Positions 10,550 through 21,683 of a stretch of DNA of 64,000 nt are shown in pieces. Every line of letters starts with the position of its first letter. Position 1 is the stretch's first letter. The position numbers were made by a program, and so were the translations under genes. The notes under the pieces are model-generated. The model saw only the letters and a program-made list of their open reading frames with translations. It was not told where the DNA came from and made no database searches. The DNA comes from Laetmonice hystrix. Lineage: Eukaryota. The DNA lies in NCBI GenBank assembly GCA_965235115.1, contig OZ249436.1:22446001-22510000 (forward strand), read 5' to 3'.

Positions 10550-12337
10550 GTTGGTGTTGGATCCGTTTGTCCGTCTCGTGGTCGGTGGGCGATATTGGAG
10601 GTCGTCAGGTGGTCGTGCTGGGTCGCTAGTTTTCCTTTGTTTGTTTTTGGGTTGTTTATTTATTTATTTTTTTTTTTTTGGTGCTGTATTGTTTATCGTC
10701 TTATTATGTGTCTTTGTTCCACTTATCTGCTTTGTTCCTGCCTTTGGTCTCCTTTTCTGTCGGTTTTCCCTTCTGGCTCGGGGCTTTTGCTTGTTGCATC
10801 CGCCATTTGCTTGTTGCATCCGCCATTTGCATTCTCTCTTCCACTCTCGGAAATATCCGGGCCAGGGACTGTCACATCAAGCATGTCGGCAAACTGAATT
10901 AATACCTGCCATTTCCTAACTCAATATTCAATATCAGGGACCCACTATCTGCCGCATATTGCGACTGGGCCTTCCTCACTCAATATTAAATATCAGGTAC
11001 CCCTCAACTGCCACATGGGACTAGAACTTCCTAACTCAACCCCTACCTGTCACAAACTAACTTCCTCAGTCAATAATATGAAATGTCGGGGACATAGGGA
11101 GCGCGCAGCGTGTCTGGTACCATAGTAGGCCTACTAGTGTCGTGGTAGGTGGATGCTAAACTAACGACTACGTCTACGGCGAGGTACTGCGGCCTAACGA
11201 TAAATGATTGAGAGCTAACCCTAACCCTAACCTTAACTAATCCTAACTCTATCTATAGCCCAATCGAGCCCGAAACAGAGCGGCAGTGTGTCGTACTGGA
11301 TGTTGACACCGGCCGGAAGTCCCAGTGTGGCGGAAGTGGGATTTCAGCGCTGGCGGCGCATAGCGGGATTTGAGTGAACTAGTTTTGAGAATCGCATGCC
11401 AAAGTAATTTACCGACAGCGATCGGCTGGTGAAAGTAGATCCCATATTTCTCCTTCAGTCATTGGAGCCACAATTTAATTAGGCTATAGCTGGAATATTT
11501 TTGCATTCTTCACGAGTTTCTCATTAATTGACATTTATTCGACCAATCACAATCGAGAAAATCCCGCAACTCGGACATTCAAGATGGCGCCGTGCATGGA
11601 CTGCGGTCCGGTTACCATCCGGTTTAAGTTGTCGGCTTAGTCAAGTTGGTAGTGGATCGGGCCGAGGTAGAGAAGATCTACGTACGTTGCCGTAACAGCG
11701 CTTCGCGGCGTGGCCTGATTAAATAATATCAGGACCCCCCCCCCCCACCTGCCACATATTGGAACTAGAACTTCCTAAGTCAATATTAAATATCAGGTAC
11801 CCCTCACCTGCAACATATTCGGACTAGAACTTTCTCACTCAATATTCTACCAGATGTACAATTTTTATGGTTTAAACCCGAAAATATTTTTTGACTGAAA
11901 GTGCCTACATATCCATAGCGAAAGATACACGTAGCATCCTCATCGCATTTCTATACATGTGCGTTTAAGCACTGAAGTGTTTGTATCAAAATAAGATATT
12001 TGAAAACGACTCGGGAGAAATGTTATAAGTTTACCTATAATAGTGATCTATATGGCCACCACGTCCGATAACGGATAGGTGGCACCACAAGCGCCGGGGG
12101 CAGGGTGATTAATTGAGGTTTTTAAGCTCCATGTAATCTTAAATCAGGAGAAAAACACCACAGATCGTTTCTTTAGATGGCAAAGGGGATATATATTAAA
12201 AGAATTAGGTGAATTCATCCGTAATTAAGGAAATGGACTATTTCACATTTTTTGGCCCGCCCAGACGCTGTCAGACAGTTGCACTGAAAGGTGATAACTT
12301 TCCTGAAGTTGCGGTAGGCCTAATTGGTCAAAAGTAT

Positions 12338-15300
12338 ATGGCCCTGCAGACTTTCCTGGCGCCGGAGCCAGTCGTATATGAACATGCATGCTGGTAGCCA
12401 CTTAGTGACACCCTGTTTGTGGTCGGATAAAACAGAAATTATATACTTTCGCTAGATTTGAGGATATGGAAGCGAAGCTAAAGACCTTTGTTATCCATTG
12501 AAGTGATCAACGGGAAGATACAACCCGTTACTTATAGATGTTAGAGGCCACTGAGTCTTTGTCCATATATGCCATCTCCCTCGGCCCCATGTCCTTATAT
12601 GGCCCTGCAGACTCTCCTGGCGCCGGAGCCAGTCGGAAATGAACATGCTGGTATAGCCACTTAATTAGAGACACCCTGTGGTCGGAAAAATAGAAATTAA
12701 ATATACTTTCGCTAAATGTATATGTGGAAGGGAAGCTAAAGACCTTAGTTATCCATTGAAGTGGACAAAGGGAAGACACAACACGTTACTTAGATGATAC
12801 AGGCCACGGAGTCAACGTCCATATATGCCATCTCCCTCGGCTCCGTGTCCTTAAATGGCCCTGCGGACTTTCCTGGCGCCGGAGCCAGTCGTATACATAA
12901 TGAACATGCTCGTAGACATGTCCTGTTTGTGGTCGGATAAAATAGATATTAAATATACTTTCGCTAGATTTAAGGATATGGAAAGGAAGTAAAGACCTTG
13001 GTTACCCATGCATTTATTGAAGTGGTCAAATGGGGGAGGGGGGAGGGGGGAGGGGGAGGGGAACCCTCTTGCGGCTCTGGCTTGCAGGCAATAGGCCTAT
13101 AGGCCTAGGCAACTATAAATTTTTACTTCTATACCTTTGTCTCCAAATTCATTAGACGAAACTCCTGTCCACTTGTACTCGGAACCCGCGGATCCAAAGG
13201 GGTGGTGCAGCTGGGCGCACGCGCCCTTTTTATGAAGAAGTGACAGAAGGACACTACGGTAATTTTAACAAGTTTGTCAAAAAGCACCTAGATCTATTCT
13301 AGGTCTGGTCAGGAAGATGAATATCGTGTTAAATATAAAGATTGACCACAATGAGGTATGCTGGGACTCAACGAGGCTTGGGGTATAGGCATAGAGTCTA
13401 CTATAGTCCATCTAGAGTATACTACTTCCGGCAATATATGACTTCCGGCATATTCGACTGGCTCTTAACGGAGTGACGCACTCGAAACGACCGACGCTGC
13501 TTCTGATTGGTTGTTTCTAGGTCATATCCGGGGCGAAGCAGGCCTCGGACAGTGAAAGTGTACGGATTTTATACGTGGATTTAACGGGAATCCGCCGGAT
13601 AGGCCATGTGCTCTCTGATTCGGCCGATTGAAAAAGTAGTGCAGTGGATAGACGTACTGTGGTGTTGTGTGCACTTTAAACAAGATTTCACCGACTGTAC
13701 TGTGTCTATAATGAGCAAACAAGTGACATGTTCACATAATTTGATGTCACAATACGATTTTTGTAGTCTGACTTTTACCATAATGGCGGCACCCACAGCC
13801 ACACGGCGATCGATGCACACGACGATGACAAAATTGTCATAGAGTATAGACATAGCCATAGCCTAGACATGGCGATACCTAATCAAGTCACATTGGCAAA
13901 GAGAAAGGAGATGGGGGTGCCATTCTCTACTCTTGACCCCCCCCCCCCCACCCGTCCATGCATCCCTTGATGGGGGGGGGGGGGGGGGGTCTCTAACCTT
14001 GCCTCGGGCGCCACAAACCCTCGCTACGCCACTAGAATACCTTACAATACTTAGCAAAATGGTATAGGCTACTTTTCATTCTAGTTTTAATCCTATTTAC
14101 AGATAATTACTTCTGTTATGTTATCATGATAGTACTTGGGCTGAATCACAAAAAGGTACTGCGCCCAGAGGACAAGAGTGTTGCACAAACCTTATAAGAA
14201 AATATTCATAAAATATAATGTTGACCTACTTTCATGAAAATATCTCAAATCGTCTTGTATGGCCTGGCGTCAACACTACGTCCATTAGTGCATAAAATAA
14301 CCGCTAGGGAATCCCAACTCAACGATAAATAACTGAGTTAACACTAGGGGGCGTCTTGCCCCGCTCTACTCTAGGCTACAAAAAAAAACAAGAAAAAAGA
14401 CAAATAGGCCTAAATATGTTTGTACAATAATTATTGTAAGTTTAAAAAACATAATTTTGAGTATGTTTTTAAGTAGGTAGGGCCTATAGCATCGATGCAA
14501 CGCAGAAAACTAAATATAGATAACCAACATTTTCAGCTCCACTTATATGCTTGATCTAGCGAAAGTAGGCCTATAGGCCTATTTAATTTTTATTTTATTC
14601 GACCACAAGCAGGATGTCTCTCAGTGGCTACGAGCATGTTCATATACGACTGGCTCCGGCGCGAGACAAGTCTCCAGGCATATACTCGGAGCCGACGGAG
14701 ATGGCATAGGCTAGGCCTATATGGACAAAGACTCCGTCGCCTCTATCATCTAAGTGACGGCCGGGTTGTGTCTTCCCTTTAATCACATCAATAGATCACC
14801 AAGGTCTTTAGCTTCCCTTCCATATCCTTACATTTAGCGAAAGTATATTTCATTTCTATTTTATCCGACCACAAACAGGATGTCTCTCAGTGGCTACGAG
14901 CTTCATACACGACTGGCTCCGGCGCGAGACAAGTCTCCTGCAGGGCATATATGGACACGGAGCCGAGGGAGATGGCATATAAATTATGGACAAAGACTCC
15001 GTCGCCTCTATCATCTAAGTGACGTGTTGTGTCTTCCCTTTAGGGGCCCAAATTACATCAGTAGATAACCTAGGTCTTTAGCTTCCCTTCCATAATCCTT
15101 ATAGGCCTACATAATTGCTATATTATAGCAAAAGTATATTTAATTTCTATTTTATCCCACCACAAACAGCTAGGTACGTGTCTCTAAAGTGGCTACCACC
15201 TTATCTACGACTGGCTCCGGCGTCAGGAAAGTCTGCAGGTCCATGTAGGACATGGAGCCGAGGGAGATTACATATGGACAAAGACTCCGTGGCCTGTATC

Positions 15301-15365
15301 ATCTAAGTAACAGGTTGTATCTACGCGTTGATCACAATGGATAACAAAGGTCTTTAGCTTCGCTT
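12338..15365. mobile_element. Foldback-like element: inverted arms built of ~260-bp tandem units around a ~1.5-kb core
   Basis: Units at ~12340, 12601 and 12857 are reverse complements of units at ~14540-15365. The right arm is interrupted by LINE-A and resumes at 21430-21531. The left arm is repeated at ~28495-29190. Confidence 0.6.
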
Positions 15366-15801
15366 TTTTTTTTTTTTTTTTAATTTCCTTTATTTATCCT
15401 GGCTCGACGTCAGCGTTACCGCTGGTTTACATCGTCTGCCAGCTTACATAATGGTTGATCATCTAGAGATATTATAAATCAACTAAGGTGATATGAAACA
15501 CATCACCGGTAAACGATTACAAACATATTTACACATGGCTTGTTGACATTGTAAGATAGTACATGGGTAGATGGGTACAAATGCTTCTCACTTGGTATAG
15601 GCAATAGATATTAAAATAATCGGGTGCACCTGAGCTTAGAAAAATAAGAATTCTATTTTTTACTAATGTAATACATCTTCGAATTACTAGGTCGCAGGCC
15701 CTGCAATCGCCAGCAATTCAGCCTCCACACATGCCTATGCATTCAACCTATATACATACATACACACACCCATGTCACACCGTCAGAGTGTAGGCAAGCT
15801 A

Positions 15802-18683
15802 TCAGTTATAATTATCATTGTGATTAAAGGAAGCGCTGTTCATCATATTTTTTTGTGTATACTTAAACTGGTCATATGATGTAATATTTCTTATATACAC
15901 AGGTAAGTTATTCCAATCGACAGCCCCTTTGTATAAAGGATTCTGCTTAAATTTTTCTAATCTTGGCTGTGGTACTTTAAACACAGTTGCTGCATGGGTC
16001 CTTGTAGCAATATTCCTACTGTCAATAAGCTCTAAGCATTCCTGTTTTTTGTACATGAAGTTTCTAAGATGGGCTAGTCTTTGGGGTGCTAACATTGCAG
16101 TTTTACATCTTCGATGTAGCTCTGTGGATGATATGTAACCTCCTTCCTTAATGCAAATTCTTAAGGCTCGATTTTGTAGAGTTTGAAGTTTTTTGAGAGC
16201 CTTCTGACTAGCACCGTCGTAAAATAGATCACCATAGTCCAAGTATGGAAGAACCATCGTTTTATACATCAGTAGGCTTGCTTTAAAGTTAATGTATCTT
16301 CTCATTTTGGACAACAGATATACCTTATGAGCAGCTAGTCTGTAACAATTGTCTATGTGCTTAGTGAATGTAAGATGTGTGTCCAACGTGAACCCCAAAT
16401 ACTTGTAAAAGTTAACACGTTCGACAGTTCTATTGTCAAAATACAATTTGTGATTCTTGATTCTTTTAGTTTGGGATTTTAGTCCAAAGATAACATACTT
16501 GGTCTTCTTAATATTGACTGTAAGTTTGTTGCTTTCGCACCATCTAGATAAATTCAGCAGATCTTCTTGCAGTGCCCCAGTTACTTCCTCAATATTACTA
16601 CCTGACCGAAATGCCACAGTATCGTCTGCATGCAATTGATGATATGAATTTTTTATAGCAGTAGACAAGTCATTAATATACACTAAGAATAGCAAAGGAC
16701 CCAAAATAGATCCCTGAGGCACTCCGCACATTACTTCTAGTGGATCTGATAGGGAGTTATTGCAGGTAGTACGTTGGAATCGGCCAGAAAGGTAGTTGGC
16801 TAACCAGGAAAGTGTCAGACCTTTAATACCTAGGTACTCGAGTTTTTTCAAAAGTATAGAATGGTTAACGGTATCGAAGGCCTTAGATAGGTCTATAAAT
16901 ACGGCAACTGTGACTTCCCTATCATTCATTGCATTAAAAATTCTGTCCACAAGATTTAACGCTGAGTTAGTGGTTGAGTGACCAGAACGAAAGCCCCCTT
17001 GTCGATCGTCTAGCAATTTGTTGTCCTCAAAGAACCTAGTCAGTCTCTCATGTACCACTTTCTCCAATAACTTTCCCGGAATTGGGAGGAGTGACACGGG
17101 CCTGAGATTCGACACATCAGATTTACTACCGTCTTTTTGGAGAGGCACAACAGTAGCACACTTCCATTCCTGTGGATAAATACCAGTATTCAACGATAAA
17201 TTGAAAAGGAAGCATACTTTTTCAGGTACGGCAAGAAATGCCTCTTTAATTACTCTACTAGATACGTTATCGATTGATGATGATTTATAGATATTAATAT
17301 CTTTAGCTAGCTTAATAATTTCTTCTGTTGTCGTGGCTATTTCCCCTATAGCAAGGTTATTCTTAGTACCCTTGTACTCCCACACCGTGTTATGTTGTCT
17401 CGCTAATTTAGGCCCAATATTAGTAAAGAAGTCATTAATAAAGTTTGCGGTTTTATCCAGTTCAATTTTGTTGCCTGTTTCAGTATCAATTAGGTTAAAT
17501 GTGGGCGTTTGCGATTTATTGTTCGGTAACACTTGCTTTAGCATTTGCCAAAACTTCTTACTATCATGGCTATTACTTTCAAGATTATCATTGATAAAGT
17601 CCGCTTTAGCCCTACGCAGTTTACTTAAAGTTTGATTCTTTAACTTTCTTGCCCTTGCGCAGTCGTCGGGGTTTTGAGTTTGTTTAGCCCGTTTCAAGGC
17701 GTAGTCTTTATCTTTGATAAGTTCAAGTAATTCTGAGGTAATCCAAGGGTCCTTTATTTGCTTGATTTTGAATGTTTTGAGTGGACACATACTATCTATT
17801 ATGTCTCTAACTTTGGTTAGAAAGAGATCCCATGCTTTATCTGGGTTAGTTTCACTGTCAAAGTCCGCCCAGATAGCGTTCCTCATACGAGTCTTAAAAT
17901 ATTCCTCATTAAAGTCTCTGTAGGATCTTCCTTTGAACGAAACTTTCTTCTTAATAGTAATGCCTTTTTTACGGGTGACATAAACCATATTATGATCACT
18001 GATGTTACAGTCTAGGACCCCTGATGTGCAATAAAGTCAGAATTCGTCAGAATCAGGTCCAAACAGCTACATTTACTTTTAGTCATTCTTGTAGGTTCAT
18101 TAATAATTTGTTGTAGTCCGAGAGATCTAGCAAAATTTACAAGTAATTTAAAGTTTTCAGTTTTCTTATCAAGATAGTCGATATTTATGTCACCCAGGAT
18201 AAAAAGGTCTTGACCAATCAAATCAATTTCTTGTATGGCATTTTCCAAGTATTCAAGGAATAGTTTAGTATTTCCCTGCGGAGGCCTATATATCGTAGCA
18301 ACTATAATTTTGCGTTGTTTCTCAGGTTTTAAGACTATCCATTGTATCTCTATGTCTATGCTGCTTTTATTTAGGTAATTTAGGTCCGTGTCCGAGAAGG
18401 GAATGCCAGCCCTTATGAAGGTAGCCACACCCCCACCCTTTTTGGGGTTCGTACTATCTTGAGAACACCAGGCTCTATCAAGTCTGACTAAATTGAAATC
18501 TGGAATCGATATCATGCCATCTGGTATTTTGGGATTTAACCATGTTTCAGAAACGGTTACTATATGTAAATTCGAGTTATTGATATACTGCTTGAGGTGA
18601 TCAATCTTGTTGAAAATACTCCTCGTATTCAAATGCGAGAGATGTAGGCCCTTGCGACTTGTGATATTGTTCAAGTCATCCAT
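15802..18683 (-). pseudogene. LINE-A ORF2 (APE endonuclease + reverse transcriptase), split by a 1-nt frameshift near 18023
   Basis: APE motifs HLNTRS, VSETWL, GGGVA, YRPP, GDINID and LDLILTN are in 18012..18683. The terminal GVLDCNISDH and the RT motifs (RPVSLLP, QGGFR, FIDLSKAFDTV, GVPQGSILGP, HADD, YKYLG) are in another frame ending at 15802. Confidence 0.88.
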
Positions 18684-19125
18684 AATACAGTGTAAACATT
18701 CAAGCTTATTTCATGTGAGAGTGTCCCGATAATGATAGTACCCATCTTCAGTATAATAAACAACTTACAAGTTATCCGACCCTGGTATAGGCGTCTATCG
18801 CCACCAGGGTTATTGTCGACACACAAAGCCATGACACGGTCATACAACATCATGTTGGCTGACTGTAGAAGAAGAAGACAGTCTGTTCCTCTGCGTGTAG
18901 TTTGGAGCATAACCACATTACCTCTGAGAAGAGTATGTCAAGACCTCATCGTTCTGTAAGGTGGTAAGCCAAGTATCACCCCCTTAGTGAGATTGGTGAT
19001 TCGTTGAGGCTACCCTTTGGTAATGTTGGCGAATCGGTCTATTAGGACCTAGGAACATTATATATACAACTATATCACATACGTTGAACCATAATGTACA
19101 GCATCATATTTTAGATAACGGCGAG

Positions 19126-19895
19126 CTACATTGAGAACGATGGTTCAGTTGTACAATAACCATCCAATAAACGACGAGTTACTCCTGTACAAATTACCGT
19201 ACCTCCTGACTTCGCCATCTTCTACATTGAGATCGATGGGTTGGCCAAGGAGCACCTGCATCATATGTACGAGTATAAGATACCCGGACCATTAGGTTTG
19301 ACCACATTTCACATTGAGAACGATGGTTCAGTTGTTGTGCGATTACTGACGTGCGCCAAGAACTGAAAACCTATATTCTTAATAGTTCTCATTACCTTTG
19401 CCCATCCGGACACCGCGACTGGGTAGAAACATTTGTAACCAGAAGTCTTACATTACAATAACCATCCAATAAACGGCGAGTTACCCCTGTACAAATTACC
19501 GTACCTCCTGACTTCGCCATCTTCTACACTGAGATCGATGGGTTGGCCAAGGAGCACCTGCATCATATGTACGAGTATAAGATACCCGGACCACTAGGTT
19601 TGATCACGTTCTACATTGAGAACCATCCAACCCTGTTACCCTGTACAAATTACCGTACCTCCTGACTTCGCCATCTTCTACACTGAGATCGATGGGTTGG
19701 CCAAGGAGCACCTGCATCATATGTACGAGTATAAGATACCCGGACCACTAGGTTTGATCACGTTCTACATTGAGAACCATCCAATCCTGTTACCCTGTAC
19801 AAGTTACCGTACCTCCTGACCTCGCCATCTTCTACATTGAGATCGAAGGGTTGGCCATGGAGCACCTGCATCATATGTACAAGTATAAACCTATA
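19126..19895. repeat. Same spacer tandem repeat in LINE-A copy 2, 329 bp shorter
   Basis: The offset between duplicates drops from 16485 to 16156 across this array. Confidence 0.9.
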
Positions 19896-19937
19896 TATAG
19901 TCTATACCAAGGTGACGGTGGTGAAACACTTCGGCCC

Positions 19938-21284
19938 TTACTGGCTAAGCCTGTCTCTGTATTCCTGGAGAACAATGCCCAGTTTGTTGCCACTTTTGAC
20001 GTTAGGTTGTGATATAGAACGGTACTGCGCAAGCGTAAATCCGCACCCGTAAAATGCATCGTGTGTGGCCTCATACAGATTACCTGTCGTGGAAAGGAGT
20101 TTCTCCCTAATTACATTGTTTTGATCAAACTTGAGAGAAACGATCTTCTTCATGGTTGCGAGTTTAGATTGTTCCCATTCTTGTGTGGACTTGATTTGTT
20201 TTCCGAGTCTCATTGCCTCATAAGCATCTTTCGCACAAGAAATTTCCCTCTCTGCCTCGGGGTTGTGACATTGGCGCGCTTTTTCTGCTTGATACAGGTG
20301 TTCTGCCGAGGGGTAGACAGCTCCGTTGTATTTAATTTGACAGGGGTAGAGGTTAGATAGAAAGGCGTGGTGCCCCTGGAACGCAACCCCATCTGTTACT
20401 TTGACCACCTTGGCCGATTCCAGGGAAAGCCCGTGAGGGAGACTATTGATATCCTGATAGGTGTACTTCTCGGCCTCTATGACAAGTGTACCACCCTTGA
20501 CTTGGGCTTGGATGTCTTGTTTGCGCGCATAGGCTGCGACTGCCCGCAGATCACGGCGCTCACTCAGGACCTCTGGTGATAAGTCGTCTGTGACGTAGAC
20601 TCCCTGCCACTTTCTATTGTCTCGTAGACCCGATATGCGTCGAAAGAGTTCTTGTTTCGCTTGAGTGGTCGAGAACTTGACCATTACCGATCTTGGCCTA
20701 GTATTGTTCTTCTTGGGACCCAGCCTGTACACACTGTCGACAATACACGTCGTCAAATCCACTTTCAGGTCCCGGAATAACTCCACTACCTTTGCCCTGA
20801 CATTATCCTCACCGACCTCAGTTAGCCCACCAATAATTATGTTTTTCTTTCTCTTTTCGTTTTCCAATATGGCAAGCTTTTTTTCTACCGAGCTTAGTTT
20901 CAGTTCATATGCTCTCACTTTGGTCTGTGCGTCTTCCAGTTGATCGGATAAGCTGGACATATCATTCTCAATTCGGTCCACCCGGTCTGTGAGCGCCTCA
21001 TTCTTCTCCTTTAACTTATCAACTGTTGCATTTATTGTTTCGATATGTCTGTCCAGCTTCTCGTTCGCGGCACTAATGGTTGATTTGATATCAGACAACT
21101 GTTTACATACGTCTGCATTACCTGCTTGAGTCTTCAGGATCTCCCTCATCAAGTCATTCATATCTATTGTATCACTGGGTTCACTTGTGTTCACGCTCAC
21201 CTGAGGTGTTCTGTTGTCCTGGCCTGAGCACTCAGCCTTTTCCACGCTCCTGGTTTTGATTTTTGACATGTCCTTAGGGCCCAT
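19938..21284 (-). CDS. LINE-A ORF1p, 448 aa: coiled coil + L1-type RRM/CTD + C-terminal NADAR (YbiA-like) domain
   Basis: Heptad coiled coil at aa ~45-145. RRM/CTD motifs RKKNIIIGGL, YRLG..PRSVMVKF and VYVTDDLSPE. NADAR motifs FLSNLYP, YPSAEHLYQAEKA, KFDQN..REKLLST, LYEATHDAFYGCG and GNKLG. Confidence 0.85.
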   Translation of the reverse strand: MGPKDMSKIKTRSVEKAECSGQDNRTPQVSVNTSEPSDTIDMNDLMREILKTQAGNADVCKQLSDIKSTISAANEKLDRHIETINATVDKLKEKNEALTDRVDRIENDMSSLSDQLEDAQTKVRAYELKLSSVEKKLAILENEKRKKNIIIGGLTEVGEDNVRAKVVELFRDLKVDLTTCIVDSVYRLGPKKNNTRPRSVMVKFSTTQAKQELFRRISGLRDNRKWQGVYVTDDLSPEVLSERRDLRAVAAYARKQDIQAQVKGGTLVIEAEKYTYQDINSLPHGLSLESAKVVKVTDGVAFQGHHAFLSNLYPCQIKYNGAVYPSAEHLYQAEKARQCHNPEAEREISCAKDAYEAMRLGKQIKSTQEWEQSKLATMKKIVSLKFDQNNVIREKLLSTTGNLYEATHDAFYGCGFTLAQYRSISQPNVKSGNKLGIVLQEYRDRLSQ

Positions 21285-21683
21285 TGGTATCTCCGCAGTA
21301 AATGTGAGGGTTATGCTGTTCTCTAATCAAGTATTTGGTATTGACGACCGTATATACGGCAATAACGCAGAGGAGCCGACACGTCAACCTGTACTCAGTC
21401 CGCCATGTTGTTCCACTGCCTAATCACTGCGCTTCCATATCCTTAAATCTAGCGAAAGTATACATAATTTCTATTTTATCCGACCACAAACAGGGTGTCT
21501 CTCAGTGGCTACGGCGTTCATATACGACTGGGTACCGAGTCGGGGGCAGCCGTATGCCTGCCACATGCCACTTCTCTAGTTTCGAAGTTTACCACCAGGT
21601 AGCAGCACGTCTCTTTTTTCTTTTCTTTTCTCCGTGCGTTTTTCCCAGATCGCCGGGACGCCCGTTCCCCTGTGGGGGTGGGG

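Larger units (their letters stand above)
5458..10844 (-). mobile_element. LINE-B copy 1: apparently intact full-length non-LTR retrotransposon (RTE-X-like or related; clade uncertain)
   Basis: (AAAAG)n-type tail at ~5458-5475. Possible 4-bp TSD TCTC at 5454-5457 and 10845-10848. Two open ORFs. The 5' UTR has a duplicated ~20-mer. The sense strand is extremely A-rich. Confidence 0.9.
15366..21429 (-). mobile_element. LINE-A copy 2: full-length non-LTR retrotransposon (L2/Crack/CR1 group) with NADAR-containing ORF1
   Basis: Poly(T) at 15364-15381 is the poly(A) tail. TSD CGCTT lies at 15361-15365 and 21430-21434. Removing the element restores the ~260-bp repeat sequence tctttagcttcgcttccatatcc (reverse complement at ~12463-12485). 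It contains ORF1 and an APE-RT ORF2. Confidence 0.92.

Noticed and set aside
5847..10919. Many hydrophobic plus-strand ORFs (e.g. 6111..6962, 10323..10919) and their duplicates
   Set aside because: They are antisense shadows of the A-rich LINE-B coding strand; T-rich DNA gives stop-poor Phe/Leu/Val ORFs.
11215..11248. (CTAACC)n telomere-like repeat suggesting telomere-targeted LINEs
   Set aside because: Only about three units, inside a small repeat and not at either LINE junction.
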